DNA of 46,422 nt, from assembly GCA_945862225.1 (NCBI GenBank), contig CAMAXG010000002.1, positions 1 through 46,422 on the forward strand, read 5' to 3'. A program made the position numbers and the translations under genes. The DNA comes from Thermoflexus hugenholtzii JAD2. Lineage in GTDB: Bacteria; Chloroflexota; Limnocylindria; Limnocylindrales; Limnocylindraceae. The notes below the pieces were generated by a model, which saw only the letters and a list, made by a program, of their open reading frames with translations, searched no databases and had not been told where the DNA came from. Shown in pieces: positions 34,218 through 42,678 of the stretch (position 1 is the first letter of the stretch; each line of letters starts with the position of its first letter).

Positions 34218-35209
34218 GCCGTGAGGGAGGGGAGCACCTCGCGCCCGAAGGCGGCGGCCCACTCAGCCTGGTTACGACCCACGTTATGCAGGTAGATCTT
34301 GTCGAAGCCCATATCGAGGTAGCGCTGAATCGTCTTGCGGTGCGTCTCAAGGTCGCTCGAGATCACCATGCGCCCAGCGAAGTCTTCGGGTCGTACGAGC
34401 TTCGCCATCTGCTGGAAGTCGGCAGGGTTGCGAATGTCCTGCTTCGGGAACTTCATCCCGCCGTTCGGCCACTCGCGCATGGCGTTCGCAAGCGCCTCTT
34501 CATCGGTCGGCGCCCATGAAAGATGGAGCTGAAGGATCTTCGGCATCGTGTCGGGGTCCTTGCCAACCGCACGCGCCCCTTCGGCGAACTTGTCGAAGAC
34601 CGTCTGGATCTTCTCGTCGGCGGCGCCGACGGTGATGATGCCGTCGCAGAGTTCCCCCGTCTTCTTGGCGGTGATTGGGCCGGCGGTCGCCACGTAGATT
34701 GGTGGCGGGGCAGGTGGCAGCGTCCAGAGGCGTGTGCTCTCCAGCTGATACCAACGGCCGGCGTGTTTCACCTCTTTGCCGGTGAAGAGCTTGCGGATGA
34801 TCTCAATCGCCTCGAACATTCGAGCGATGCGCTCACCAACTTCGGGCCAGTAGCCACCAACGACATGTTCGTTCAGCGCTTCGCCCGAGCCGAGGCCGAG
34901 CCAGTGCCGACCTGGGTACATCGCTTCAAGCGTTGCTGACGCCTGCGCAACGGTGGCTGGATGCATGCGCCAACCGGGGCAGGTGACACCAGGGCCAACA
35001 TCGCCCTTCGTTCGCTCAGCAAGAAGTGTCATCACATTCCACACAAATGGTGCGGAGCCCTGCTCGGGAACCCACGGCTGGAAGTGATCAGCGGCCATCA
35101 CGCCGCTGAACCCCGCCTGCTCGGCGGCTACGGAGTAGTCGACGACTTCGGTCGGACCGAACTGCTCGAGCATTGCGGCGTACCCGATTTTTGCGGAACC
35201 CTTACTCAT
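34214..35209 (-). CDS. fgd: F420-dependent oxidoreductase, G6PDH (Fgd) family, LLM class
   Basis: 331 aa of luciferase-like TIM barrel. The N-terminal IGYAAMLEQFGP...AEQAGF...ADHFQPW pattern is typical of the Fgd subfamily. GGAGAGGAG SD lies upstream. Confidence 0.7.
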   Translation of the reverse strand: MSKGSAKIGYAAMLEQFGPTEVVDYSVAAEQAGFSGVMAADHFQPWVPEQGSAPFVWNVMTLLAERTKGDVGPGVTCPGWRMHPATVAQASATLEAMYPGRHWLGLGSGEALNEHVVGGYWPEVGERIARMFEAIEIIRKLFTGKEVKHAGRWYQLESTRLWTLPPAPPPIYVATAGPITAKKTGELCDGIITVGAADEKIQTVFDKFAEGARAVGKDPDTMPKILQLHLSWAPTDEEALANAMREWPNGGMKFPKQDIRNPADFQQMAKLVRPEDFAGRMVISSDLETHRKTIQRYLDMGFDKIYLHNVGRNQAEWAAAFGREVLPSLTA

Positions 35210-35211
35210 GA

Positions 35212-35640
35212 CTACTCCTCTCCAATGGGCTTGCCGTGCGCACCGATGCGCTCGGGAACGATTTCGATGAGGATTCGTTGCTGCGTTTTGAACATCGCGA
35301 GATTCTTCGCCAAGAGAGCGGGATCACTGAGGTACTTGGCGGCCATCCGTGCCATCTGGGCCTGGGCGACCTCTTGGTTGTCGTCGATTCGGACGCGCCC
35401 AAGGATCTGTACATAGTCGTAGCGGTCCTCGACCATGAAGGAGCAGCGGGGGTCACGGCGGAGGTTCGCCGGCCAGCGGCGCCCCTCGGCACTGTTCACC
35501 AGGATGCGGTCGCCGACGAGCTCGTACCAGACCACTGCGGCAAACGGCGCACCGTCGGCGTCGATGGTTGCGAGGCTGCCGAAGCGTGGTCGGTCGAGGA
35601 ACCTCCGGATCCCAGGATCGCCAATTCCTAATGGGCTCAT
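35212..35640 (-). CDS. PPOX-class (pyridoxamine 5'-phosphate oxidase-like) probable F420-dependent enzyme
   Basis: 142 aa counted from ATG 35640. The FLDRPRFGSLATIDADGAPFAAVVWY split-barrel pattern is present. TAGCGT lies 7 nt upstream of this ATG. The ORF-track start 35709 would overlap the divergent PNP gene start. Confidence 0.65.
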   Translation of the reverse strand: MSPLGIGDPGIRRFLDRPRFGSLATIDADGAPFAAVVWYELVGDRILVNSAEGRRWPANLRRDPRCSFMVEDRYDYVQILGRVRIDDNQEVAQAQMARMAAKYLSDPALLAKNLAMFKTQQRILIEIVPERIGAHGKPIGEE

Positions 35641-35647
35641 GAGGCGT

Positions 35648-35653
35648 ACGCTA
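35648..35653 (-). promoter_or_regulatory. TAGCGT -10-like box, leaderless geometry for the PPOX-fgd-cofD-cofCE operon
   Basis: The reverse strand reads TAGCGT, then 7 nt, then ATG 35640. Confidence 0.35.
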
Positions 35654-35707
35654 CACGCAACGGAGCCCGCCGTCCTTAGGTGGGCCCAGAAGTTGCGGAG
35701 GTGCTCC

Positions 35708-36487
35708 ATGGGCCAGATCCATCTACACGCCGAGAGCGGCGACTACGCCCCCATCGTCCTCATGCCGGGCGACCCGAACCGCTCCAAGCGGATCGCGGCG
35801 CGCTTCGACGGGGGACTTGAGAAGGCGAAGCTGGTCAACGAGCACCGTGGTCTCCTCGGCTATACGGGGACGATCAACGGCGTACCAGTCAGCGTTCAGA
35901 CCACAGGGATGGGTACGCCAACAACGAGCATTGTTATGGAAGAGTTGCTGAACCTTGGCGTTGAGACGTTCGTGCGCATCGGCACCTGCGGCGGCTTCCT
36001 GCATCTTGATACGGGCGATGTGATTGTCGCTTCGGCGGCAGTCGCCAGCAGCGGCATTGGCCCAATCCTCGGATTTGACGAGCCGACCGCGCCAACCGCG
36101 GACTTTGATGTGACGAACGTTCTCGTTGCAGCTGCAAAGGCCGAGGGGTTGACCACGCATGTCGGACCGATCGTCACCTCTGACGTCTTCTACGATCCGA
36201 ATCCGCTCGGCACCGCTCGCTGGGGCGCGCGCGGCTATCTCGGTGTTGAGATGGAGTCAGCCGCAATGTTCTTGCTCGCGATGCGCGAGCGCGCCAAGGG
36301 CCGACCAGTTCGCGCGGGCACCATCCTTACCGTCTCCGACACGATTCGCGATCCGAAGGTTGTCGCCGAGGCGCGCAAGGGGGGGAGTGAGCCGTGGTAC
36401 CGACTCCCTGAAGATGAGCTGATCAAGCGCATCGATCTAACGATCGGCGCTGCGCTGAAGGCTGCCGCAACGCTCGGCGCTCGCTAG
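35708..36487 (+). CDS. purine/uridine nucleoside phosphorylase (PNP/UDP family 1, DeoD-type)
   Basis: The homologous region starts at ATG 35708 (MGQIHLHAESGDYAPIVLMPGDPNRSKRIA...). Motifs GMGTPTTSIVMEEL, RIGTCGG and EMESAAMF are present. GGAGG lies 6 nt upstream. Confidence 0.8.
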   Translation: MGQIHLHAESGDYAPIVLMPGDPNRSKRIAARFDGGLEKAKLVNEHRGLLGYTGTINGVPVSVQTTGMGTPTTSIVMEELLNLGVETFVRIGTCGGFLHLDTGDVIVASAAVASSGIGPILGFDEPTAPTADFDVTNVLVAAAKAEGLTTHVGPIVTSDVFYDPNPLGTARWGARGYLGVEMESAAMFLLAMRERAKGRPVRAGTILTVSDTIRDPKVVAEARKGGSEPWYRLPEDELIKRIDLTIGAALKAAATLGAR

Positions 36488-36498
36488 CCCGCACGCTC

Positions 36499-37347
36499 GT
36501 GACGCGAACCGCGCCGATTCCAGTCGGCGTCGCTCTCGGCACCATCGGCCTCGAGGGAGATGCGTGGCTGCGTGCCGCTTCGCGGCTAGCAACAGGTCCG
36601 ATTGATCGCCTCTGGATCTGGGATCACCTCATGGGGCGCGGTGCACCAGACCGCTCCGTTCTAGAGGCGACCACGTTGGCCGCGGCCGCACTCGCGCTCA
36701 CTCCGAATCTGCATGTCGGCACACTGGTGCTCGATGTCACGAAGCGGCACCCTGCACTCACCGCCAAGATTGCGGCGACGCTCGACGCGATCGCTCCGGG
36801 GCGATTCACCCTTGGGATCGGCGCTGGCGGCGATGCTGCCGAGCACGATGCGCTGGGGATGCCCTACGGCGAGGTGAGTGAGCGCATTGCGGCGCTGACC
36901 GAACAGGTTGCCGTTGCGCGCGCGATGCTGAACGGCGATCCGAGCGAGCGCATCACGCTCACCGCGCCAGGGAGCCTGAGCGGAGCAGCGAGCGCCCCAC
37001 GCCCCGGTGCCCGCGTGCGCCTGCTTGTCGCAGGCGACCATCCGAGCTCCATCAGCCTTGCGGCGTCGTATGCCGATGAGTGGGTGGCTCCCGCAGTGAC
37101 ATTCGCGGCGGGGTACGCGCAGTTGCGCGAGAGTGAGCGTGCCGCTGGTCGCACAGAGCCACTGGTACGAACGCACCTGCTGCATGAGTTGCGTGCGAGC
37201 GAGACGCTACTGGAGTCGCCGTTCGGCAGAGATCCGCAGGGGGTACTAGCAGCGGCGCAAGCCAGCGGCGCTGACGGCCTCATCGTGACGGTGCGCACCG
37301 AACGTGATGTTGAAGATGCGCTCCAGCTTCTGGAGAAACTGAGATGA
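36499..37347 (+). CDS. LLM-class (luciferase-like) oxidoreductase, probably F420-dependent
   Basis: 282 aa of luciferase-like monooxygenase pattern (LWIWDHLMG, TLGIGAGG). It sits inside the F420 gene neighbourhood. Confidence 0.6.
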   Translation: MTRTAPIPVGVALGTIGLEGDAWLRAASRLATGPIDRLWIWDHLMGRGAPDRSVLEATTLAAAALALTPNLHVGTLVLDVTKRHPALTAKIAATLDAIAPGRFTLGIGAGGDAAEHDALGMPYGEVSERIAALTEQVAVARAMLNGDPSERITLTAPGSLSGAASAPRPGARVRLLVAGDHPSSISLAASYADEWVAPAVTFAAGYAQLRESERAAGRTEPLVRTHLLHELRASETLLESPFGRDPQGVLAAAQASGADGLIVTVRTERDVEDALQLLEKLR

Positions 37348-37354
37348 TGTACGC

Positions 37355-37816
37355 ATGAACGAAACACAGACGCGCAACCAGGTTCAAGCGTGTGTTCGAT
37401 GCGGTGCGCCCGTCTCGTTGCAGACGGCCCTCTGCGAGCGCTGCAACCCACTTGGCCTCGCCCAGCCATCGGCCAGCCAGGCTCACGGGACCGTCGCGCT
37501 CGGAATCGGTGCGGCAGTGCTCCTTCTCGCCTCGCTCGCGGGAAGCTCGTCACGCGGGATCGGACCATTCACCGTTGACATGAGCGCCCCCGACTCAGTG
37601 CCGGGCGGCCTCGCCGTGGCGATCACCGTCACGAACACAGGGGCGACCGCAGGGTCAGCCACCTGCCAGGTCACAACGAGCGAGATCGGCAGCGCCGGCC
37701 TCTCTGAAATCATCTCCACCCCGCGCATTGAGCCGGGGGCAACCACCACCGTCGATCGTCAGCTCAAAAGCTTTGGCAGCGACCCCATCCCGCTCACGAT
37801 CACCTGCGGGGACTAG
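37355..37816 (+). CDS. hypothetical membrane protein: N-terminal zinc ribbon, one TM, extracytoplasmic Thr/Gly-rich domain
   Basis: 153 aa with CVRCG-x12-CERC (CxxC...CxxC), a TM segment (VALGIGAAVLLLASLAG), then a probable beta-rich domain with two Cys. Confidence 0.5.
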   Translation: MNETQTRNQVQACVRCGAPVSLQTALCERCNPLGLAQPSASQAHGTVALGIGAAVLLLASLAGSSSRGIGPFTVDMSAPDSVPGGLAVAITVTNTGATAGSATCQVTTSEIGSAGLSEIISTPRIEPGATTTVDRQLKSFGSDPIPLTITCGD

Positions 37817-38352
37817 TTTCCGGTCGAACCCTCTTCAAGGATGCGCTTCAGATGGCGCAGGTCTGATCGAAAGATCGCACCGAGGATTGGACGCTGAACG
37901 AACCCCCCGATGTTTGCAAAGAGTGGCGGGCGCAGGTACTCCATCCAATCAATGCGCGTACTAGTCGCAGTAATCTCCGTGAAGCGCAGGAGCCCCTCGC
38001 CCACAAACTTCCCTTCGTGCCGAATCTCGAAGGTGCTCGGCGGGTCAAACTGAGTGATCACCACATCATCGGTCGTCGAGATGCCGAAGATGCGCACGGT
38101 GGCGCGACCGCGCGAGCCGGGCTGCACTGGTGGCGGCGTGAGCATCTCGACTCGTTTCATCTCGTGCATCCATTCAGGCTGACGCGCAATGTCTGAGGCG
38201 TAGGCCCACACCGTGTCACGGGGTGCCGCAATTTCAATCACTAGATTGATCTCGGGTCGTCGGATCTTTCCTGCAGCGATGAGTCGACCAAGCAGCAGCT
38301 CAACGAAGATTGCGCCAAGCAGACCGACGCCAGCGATCAAGAGCAACAGCAT
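37813..38352 (-). CDS. SRPBCC-superfamily (polyketide cyclase/START-like) protein with N-terminal TM anchor
   Basis: 179 aa with the N-terminal hydrophobic segment MLLLLIAGVGLLGAIFVELLL. The pattern IEIAAPRDTVWAYASDIARQPEWM is typical of SRPBCC proteins. The ATG shares one base with the pncA TGA. Confidence 0.55.
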   Translation of the reverse strand: MLLLLIAGVGLLGAIFVELLLGRLIAAGKIRRPEINLVIEIAAPRDTVWAYASDIARQPEWMHEMKRVEMLTPPPVQPGSRGRATVRIFGISTTDDVVITQFDPPSTFEIRHEGKFVGEGLLRFTEITATSTRIDWMEYLRPPLFANIGGFVQRPILGAIFRSDLRHLKRILEEGSTGN

Positions 38353-38942
38353 CAGCAGAGCACTCCGCCCGCAGACTCAATCTCTTGGAGCGCTGCGGCG
38401 GTGTCGCCATCGCGTAGCTCAACGCCGGCGGTTGCGGCAACGGCCACTTCAACGGTGAACCCAGCGGTCAGTGCGTCGAGCGCGGTGGCTTTGACGCACC
38501 AGTCGGTGGCAAGGCCACAGACGGTTACGAGCGTGACACCCGCGTTGCGCAGGAGCGCCGCAAGTTCGGTGGAGCGGACCTCGCCGGTGATCGGATTGCG
38601 GAGCGAGAAGGCGCTGTAGCCATCCTCGCCCGCCACCCCTTTGCGAATCACCACATCGCCGGGCCGCTGCGCAAGCACCGCCTCAGGGAGGAGTTCGGCG
38701 CCTGGGCTCCCCGCAACGCAGTGCACCGGCCAGGTGCCGCCCTGCGGGGCGAAGTGCGGTGTGCTCTCGGGGTGCCAGTCTTGACTCCAGACGACGAGCT
38801 CACCGTGGCTGCGCGCGCGCTCAACAAGGCGCAGCACATGGGGGAGGGCGGCGGGGGCGCCCGCTACGAAGAGGCTCCCCGAGGGGTCGCCGAAGTCGAC
38901 CTGCAGGTCGACGATCAGGAGGGCACGCTGTGGTTTTGCCAT
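38352..38942 (-). CDS. pncA: nicotinamidase/pyrazinamidase (isochorismatase family)
   Basis: 196 aa from ATG 38942. It has ALLIVDLQVDF, the WPVHC metal/His region and a catalytic Cys context (VTVCGLATDWCV). The longer ORF-track start would overlap aceE. Confidence 0.75.
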   Translation of the reverse strand: MAKPQRALLIVDLQVDFGDPSGSLFVAGAPAALPHVLRLVERARSHGELVVWSQDWHPESTPHFAPQGGTWPVHCVAGSPGAELLPEAVLAQRPGDVVIRKGVAGEDGYSAFSLRNPITGEVRSTELAALLRNAGVTLVTVCGLATDWCVKATALDALTAGFTVEVAVAATAGVELRDGDTAAALQEIESAGGVLC

Positions 38943-38948
38943 ACCCGC

Positions 38949-38954
38949 ATCCTC
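38949..38954 (-). promoter_or_regulatory. GAGGAT -10-like box, leaderless geometry for pncA
   Basis: The reverse strand reads GAGGAT, then 6 nt, then ATG 38942. The first base deviates from TANNNT. Confidence 0.3.
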
Positions 38955-38980
38955 GCACGGGGCGCTACCCTTGGGGAATC

Positions 38981-41668
38981 GTGCAGACCTTCGACTTCCT
39001 TGAGCAGATGCCTGATGCCGACCCAACGGAGACGGCACGCCTGATCGGCGAGATCGAGCGCTCCATCGCGGCCCATGGCCCTGAGCGCGCCAAGCTCCTC
39101 CTGATGCGCCTCTTGGCACGAGCCCGCGACCTTGGTGTCGATCTCCCCACCCTCGTCACCACGCCGTATATCAACACCATCAAGACGAGCGATGAGCCTG
39201 CCTTCCCTGGCGACGAGGCGATGGAGACGCGCATCCGGCACATCATTCGCTGGAACGCCGCCGCCATGGTGCTTCGCGCCAACAAGACACACGCCGGCAT
39301 CGGCGGACACCTTGCGACCTACGCCAGCGCCGCGAGCCTCTATGAGGTTGGCTACAACCACTTCTTCCGCGGCAAGCAGGGCGGTGCCGGCGACCAGATT
39401 TTCTATCAGGGGCATGCGGCGCCTGGCATTTACGCGCGCGCCTATCTCGAGGGGCGCATCAACGCACCGCAGCTCGACCGCTACCGCCAAGAGACGGCCG
39501 GACACGGCGGTTTGCCGTCGTATCCACATGCGCGCCTCATGCCCGACTTCTGGGAGTTCCCAACCGTCTCCATGGGCCTCGGTGGCATCGGTTCGATCTA
39601 TCAGGCGCGCTACAACCGCTACTTGCACAACCGTGGACTGACCGACACATCTCGCAGCCGCGTCTGGGCCTTCCTTGGCGACGGCGAGATGGATGAGCCG
39701 GAGTCTGCTGGCGCGCTCACCCTCGCCGCCCGCGAAGGGCTCGACAATTTGACCTGGGTGGTGAACTGCAACCTGCAGCGACTCGACGGTCCGGTGCGCG
39801 GCAACGGCAAGATCATCCAGGAGCTCGAAGGGCTCTTCCGCGGCGCCGGCTGGAATGTGATCAAGGTGATCTGGAGCCGCGAGTGGGACGAACTCTTGGC
39901 GAACGACACGGGCGGACAGCTCGTACGCAAGATGGACTCGACCGTTGACGGTGAGTTCCAGAAGTACATCGTTGCTGGTGGCGCCTACATTCGCGAGCAC
40001 TTCTTCGGCCCAGAGCCAGAGCTCGGCGCGCTGGTGAAGCATCTCTCTGACGATGACTTGGTGCGCCTCCGCCGCGGCGGTCACGACTATCGCAAGATCC
40101 ATGCCGCCTACGCCTCAGCCGTTGCCCACAAAGGTGCGCCAACGGTGATCCTGGCGAAGACGGTGAAGGGCTACTCCCTCGGGCCTTCGGTAGAGGCGAC
40201 GAACGTGACGCACCAGGCAAAGAAGCTCTCCGAGGCGGAACTCTTCGCCTTCCGAGATCGGCTCGGCCTGCCGATCCCTGACGAGAAGATCCCTGAGGCT
40301 CCCTACTACCACCCTGGCCCAAACAGCCCCGAGGTGAAGTACATCAACGAGCGCCGCGCCGCGCTTGGCGGCCCACTCCCGAGCCGCATCGTGCACCCAG
40401 TGAACTGGAGCGCACCAGAGGCCGCGGTCGATGCCGAGTTTGCTGCCGGAAGCGCCGTGCCGGTCAGCACCACCATGGCCTTCGCCAAGTTGCTGCGCAA
40501 CCTATTGCGCGATCCGAACATCGGCCAGCAGATTGTGCCGATCGTTCCAGATGAGGCGCGCACCTTCGGTATGGATCCGCTCTTCAAGCAGAGCGGCATC
40601 TACGCGCCGTTCGGTCAGCGCTATGAGCCGGTCGACTCCGAGTTGCTCTTGAGCTACCGCGAGTCGCAGAGCGGCCAGCTCCTCGAAGAGGGGATCACCG
40701 AGGCCGGATCGATGGCCTCGTTCCAAGCGGCATCAACGGCGTATGCAACGCACGGCGTGCCGACGATCCCGTTCTACGTCTTCTACTCCATGTTCGGCTT
40801 CCAGCGTGTTGGTGACCAGGTCTGGCAGGTGGGCGATGCGCGCGGTCGTGGCTTCTTGATTGGTGCCACCGCCGGCCGCACAACGCTCGCCGGCGAAGGG
40901 TTGCAGCATGACGACGGCCACTCGCAGATGATCGCGCACCTGCATCCGCATGTGGCGGCCTACGACCCGTCATTCGCCTACGAGATGGCGGCGCTGATTC
41001 GTCGCGGCATGGACCGCATGCACGGTGGGCGTGAAGACATCCTCTACTACCTCACGATCTACAACGAGAACCAGGCGCAGCCGGCACGCCCTGAGGGGGC
41101 GCATGTTGATGAGGGGATTCATCGCGGCCTCTATCGCTTCGCCGAGGCGGATGCCAGCGCGAGCGGACCAATCGTTCGCCTCTTCGGGTCGGGCGCGATC
41201 ATGGGCGAAGTGCTTGCGGCACGCGAACTGCTGCGCGAGCGGTTCGGCGTACGCGCCGAGATCTGGTCGGCAACCTCATATTCAGAACTACGCCGCGAAG
41301 CGCTCGTTGTTGAGCGCTGGAATCGTCGGCACCCAGAGAGCGCACCGCGAACCTCGTGGATGCAGGATCAGCTCGGTAAGGGTGGCGCGCCGATCGTTGC
41401 CGCTAGCGACTGGGTAACTGCGCTACCCGATCTGCTCGCCCCATGGATCGACGTGCCGTACCTCGTTCTTGGTACGGACGGCTTCGGCCTGAGCGACACC
41501 CGCGAAGCGCTCCGCGAGTTCTTCTCTGTTGACGCCAAGCACATCACCGCCGCCGCAATGGTGGCTCTGGCGCGCAGTGGCGAGCGCACGCCGGCCGAGG
41601 CGGCTGCGGCGATCAAGGAGCTGGGCATCGACCCTGATCGACTACCTGTCTTCGTCCTAGATCGCTAG
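38981..41668 (+). CDS. aceE: pyruvate dehydrogenase E1 component, homodimeric type
   Basis: About 895 aa with very strong AceE-like sequence (GGHLATYASAASLYEVGYNHFFRG, FLGDGEMDEPES, NCNLQRLDGPVRGNGKIIQELE, GEGLQHDDGHS). The start is GTG 38981 or ATG 39008. The ORF-track start 38759 lies inside pncA. Confidence 0.95.
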   Translation: MQTFDFLEQMPDADPTETARLIGEIERSIAAHGPERAKLLLMRLLARARDLGVDLPTLVTTPYINTIKTSDEPAFPGDEAMETRIRHIIRWNAAAMVLRANKTHAGIGGHLATYASAASLYEVGYNHFFRGKQGGAGDQIFYQGHAAPGIYARAYLEGRINAPQLDRYRQETAGHGGLPSYPHARLMPDFWEFPTVSMGLGGIGSIYQARYNRYLHNRGLTDTSRSRVWAFLGDGEMDEPESAGALTLAAREGLDNLTWVVNCNLQRLDGPVRGNGKIIQELEGLFRGAGWNVIKVIWSREWDELLANDTGGQLVRKMDSTVDGEFQKYIVAGGAYIREHFFGPEPELGALVKHLSDDDLVRLRRGGHDYRKIHAAYASAVAHKGAPTVILAKTVKGYSLGPSVEATNVTHQAKKLSEAELFAFRDRLGLPIPDEKIPEAPYYHPGPNSPEVKYINERRAALGGPLPSRIVHPVNWSAPEAAVDAEFAAGSAVPVSTTMAFAKLLRNLLRDPNIGQQIVPIVPDEARTFGMDPLFKQSGIYAPFGQRYEPVDSELLLSYRESQSGQLLEEGITEAGSMASFQAASTAYATHGVPTIPFYVFYSMFGFQRVGDQVWQVGDARGRGFLIGATAGRTTLAGEGLQHDDGHSQMIAHLHPHVAAYDPSFAYEMAALIRRGMDRMHGGREDILYYLTIYNENQAQPARPEGAHVDEGIHRGLYRFAEADASASGPIVRLFGSGAIMGEVLAARELLRERFGVRAEIWSATSYSELRREALVVERWNRRHPESAPRTSWMQDQLGKGGAPIVAASDWVTALPDLLAPWIDVPYLVLGTDGFGLSDTREALREFFSVDAKHITAAAMVALARSGERTPAEAAAAIKELGIDPDRLPVFVLDR

Positions 41669-41680
41669 TCCATCCCCCGA

Positions 41681-41698
41681 CGACAAGGTCACTTGTCG
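41681..41698 (+). terminator. hairpin CGACAAG-gtca-CTTGTCG downstream of aceE
   Basis: Perfect 7-bp stem with a 4-nt loop, 13 nt after the aceE stop. It lacks a U-tract (I-shaped type). Its 3' arm can alternatively pair with GACAGGTG at 41704-41711. Confidence 0.3.
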
Positions 41699-41784
41699 CA
41701 TTAGACAGGTGCGGTTGACACTCCTCGGCCCAAGGTGGCACCATTTCCCCACGCGTTGGCGTCATCAGTGAGAGGGGGATGCAA

Positions 41785-42642
41785 GTGGACAGCTTCTTCG
41801 CTTGGGGCTTCGGAGGTCTCCTCACCGGTCTTCGTGAAGGGGTCGAGGCGGCACTCATCGTTGGCATCATTGCCAGCTACCTCGTAAAGATCGGTCGCGC
41901 GGATCGACTCTCGAGCGTCTGGCTTGGTGTCGTTGGCGCAATCGCCGCCTCAGCCGCCATTGGCATCCTTGCTTTCGCACTACTTGGAAGTCTCCAGGGA
42001 ACGGCGGAGAAGATCTTTGCGGGCTCCGCCTCAATCCTTGCGGTGGTGATCCTCACCTACATGCTCTTCTGGATGCGCAAGCAGGCCGTCACCCTCGGCG
42101 CGGATCTGCGCAGTGGGGTTGATCGCGCTGTTGCCTCAACCTCGGTCCTTGGCCTGAGCCTCCTCGCCTTCACCGCGGTGATTCGCGAGGGAATTGAAAC
42201 CGCGCTCTTCTTGCTTGGTCAAACCACCGCGGCAGCCGATCAGGGGCTCTCCGTTGTGGTGGGCGCCTTTATCGGTCTGCTCATCGCCGCCGGAATCGGC
42301 GTGCTGATCTTCCGTGCCGGGCTGCGACTCAACCTGAGCGCCTTCTTTAACGTGACGGGCGCCGCACTCGTAGTGATTGCATCGGGCCTTCTCTCGTATG
42401 GCGTCCATGAGTTCATCGAGCTCGGCCTCCTGCCAGCACTGATCAACCCGGTCTACGACATCTCTGCGATCCTGCCGCACAAGGAGGGGATCGGCCAGTT
42501 CTTGCGCGCTATCGTCGGCTACAGCTCAACCCCAGAGCTGACGACGCTCCTTGCGCAAGGCGCCTATCTGATCTTCGGCCTCTTCTTCTATGTGCGCCCC
42601 GTGCGGCGAGCCGCTGCAGACCGAGCCGCAACCGGCGCCTGA
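41785..42642 (+). CDS. FTR1/EfeU-family high-affinity iron permease
   Basis: Two REGxE motifs (REGVEAALIVG, REGIETALFLLG) in a 7-TM protein. GTG 41785 has GAGGGGG 6 nt upstream. ATG 41779 abuts that SD and is the longer alternative. Confidence 0.8.
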   Translation: MDSFFAWGFGGLLTGLREGVEAALIVGIIASYLVKIGRADRLSSVWLGVVGAIAASAAIGILAFALLGSLQGTAEKIFAGSASILAVVILTYMLFWMRKQAVTLGADLRSGVDRAVASTSVLGLSLLAFTAVIREGIETALFLLGQTTAAADQGLSVVVGAFIGLLIAAGIGVLIFRAGLRLNLSAFFNVTGAALVVIASGLLSYGVHEFIELGLLPALINPVYDISAILPHKEGIGQFLRAIVGYSSTPELTTLLAQGAYLIFGLFFYVRPVRRAAADRAATGA

Positions 42643-42678
42643 TTGGCGCGTGCGGGCTTCGCACGCAATGATGTACTG

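Noticed and set aside
38759-38980. A 74-codon N-terminal extension of the aceE ORF.
   Set aside because: It overlaps the divergent pncA coding sequence, is Arg/Gly-rich, and precedes the point where AceE similarity starts (FDFLEQMPDADPTETARL). A start at GTG 38981 or ATG 39008 is far more plausible.
41701-41720. A possible IdeR/DtxR iron box (begins TTAG...) upstream of the FTR1 permease.
   Set aside because: Aligned by eye to the TTAGGTTAGGCTAACCTAA consensus, only about 6 of 19 positions match, and the sequence is not dyad-symmetric.
41669-42678. A TPP riboswitch ahead of the NMT1/THI5-like ABC system.
   Set aside because: The gap before the ATPase gene is only 36 nt. The 110-nt region before the permease gene lacks the conserved CUGAGA and ACCUGAUCUGGAUAAUGCCAGCG-like elements.
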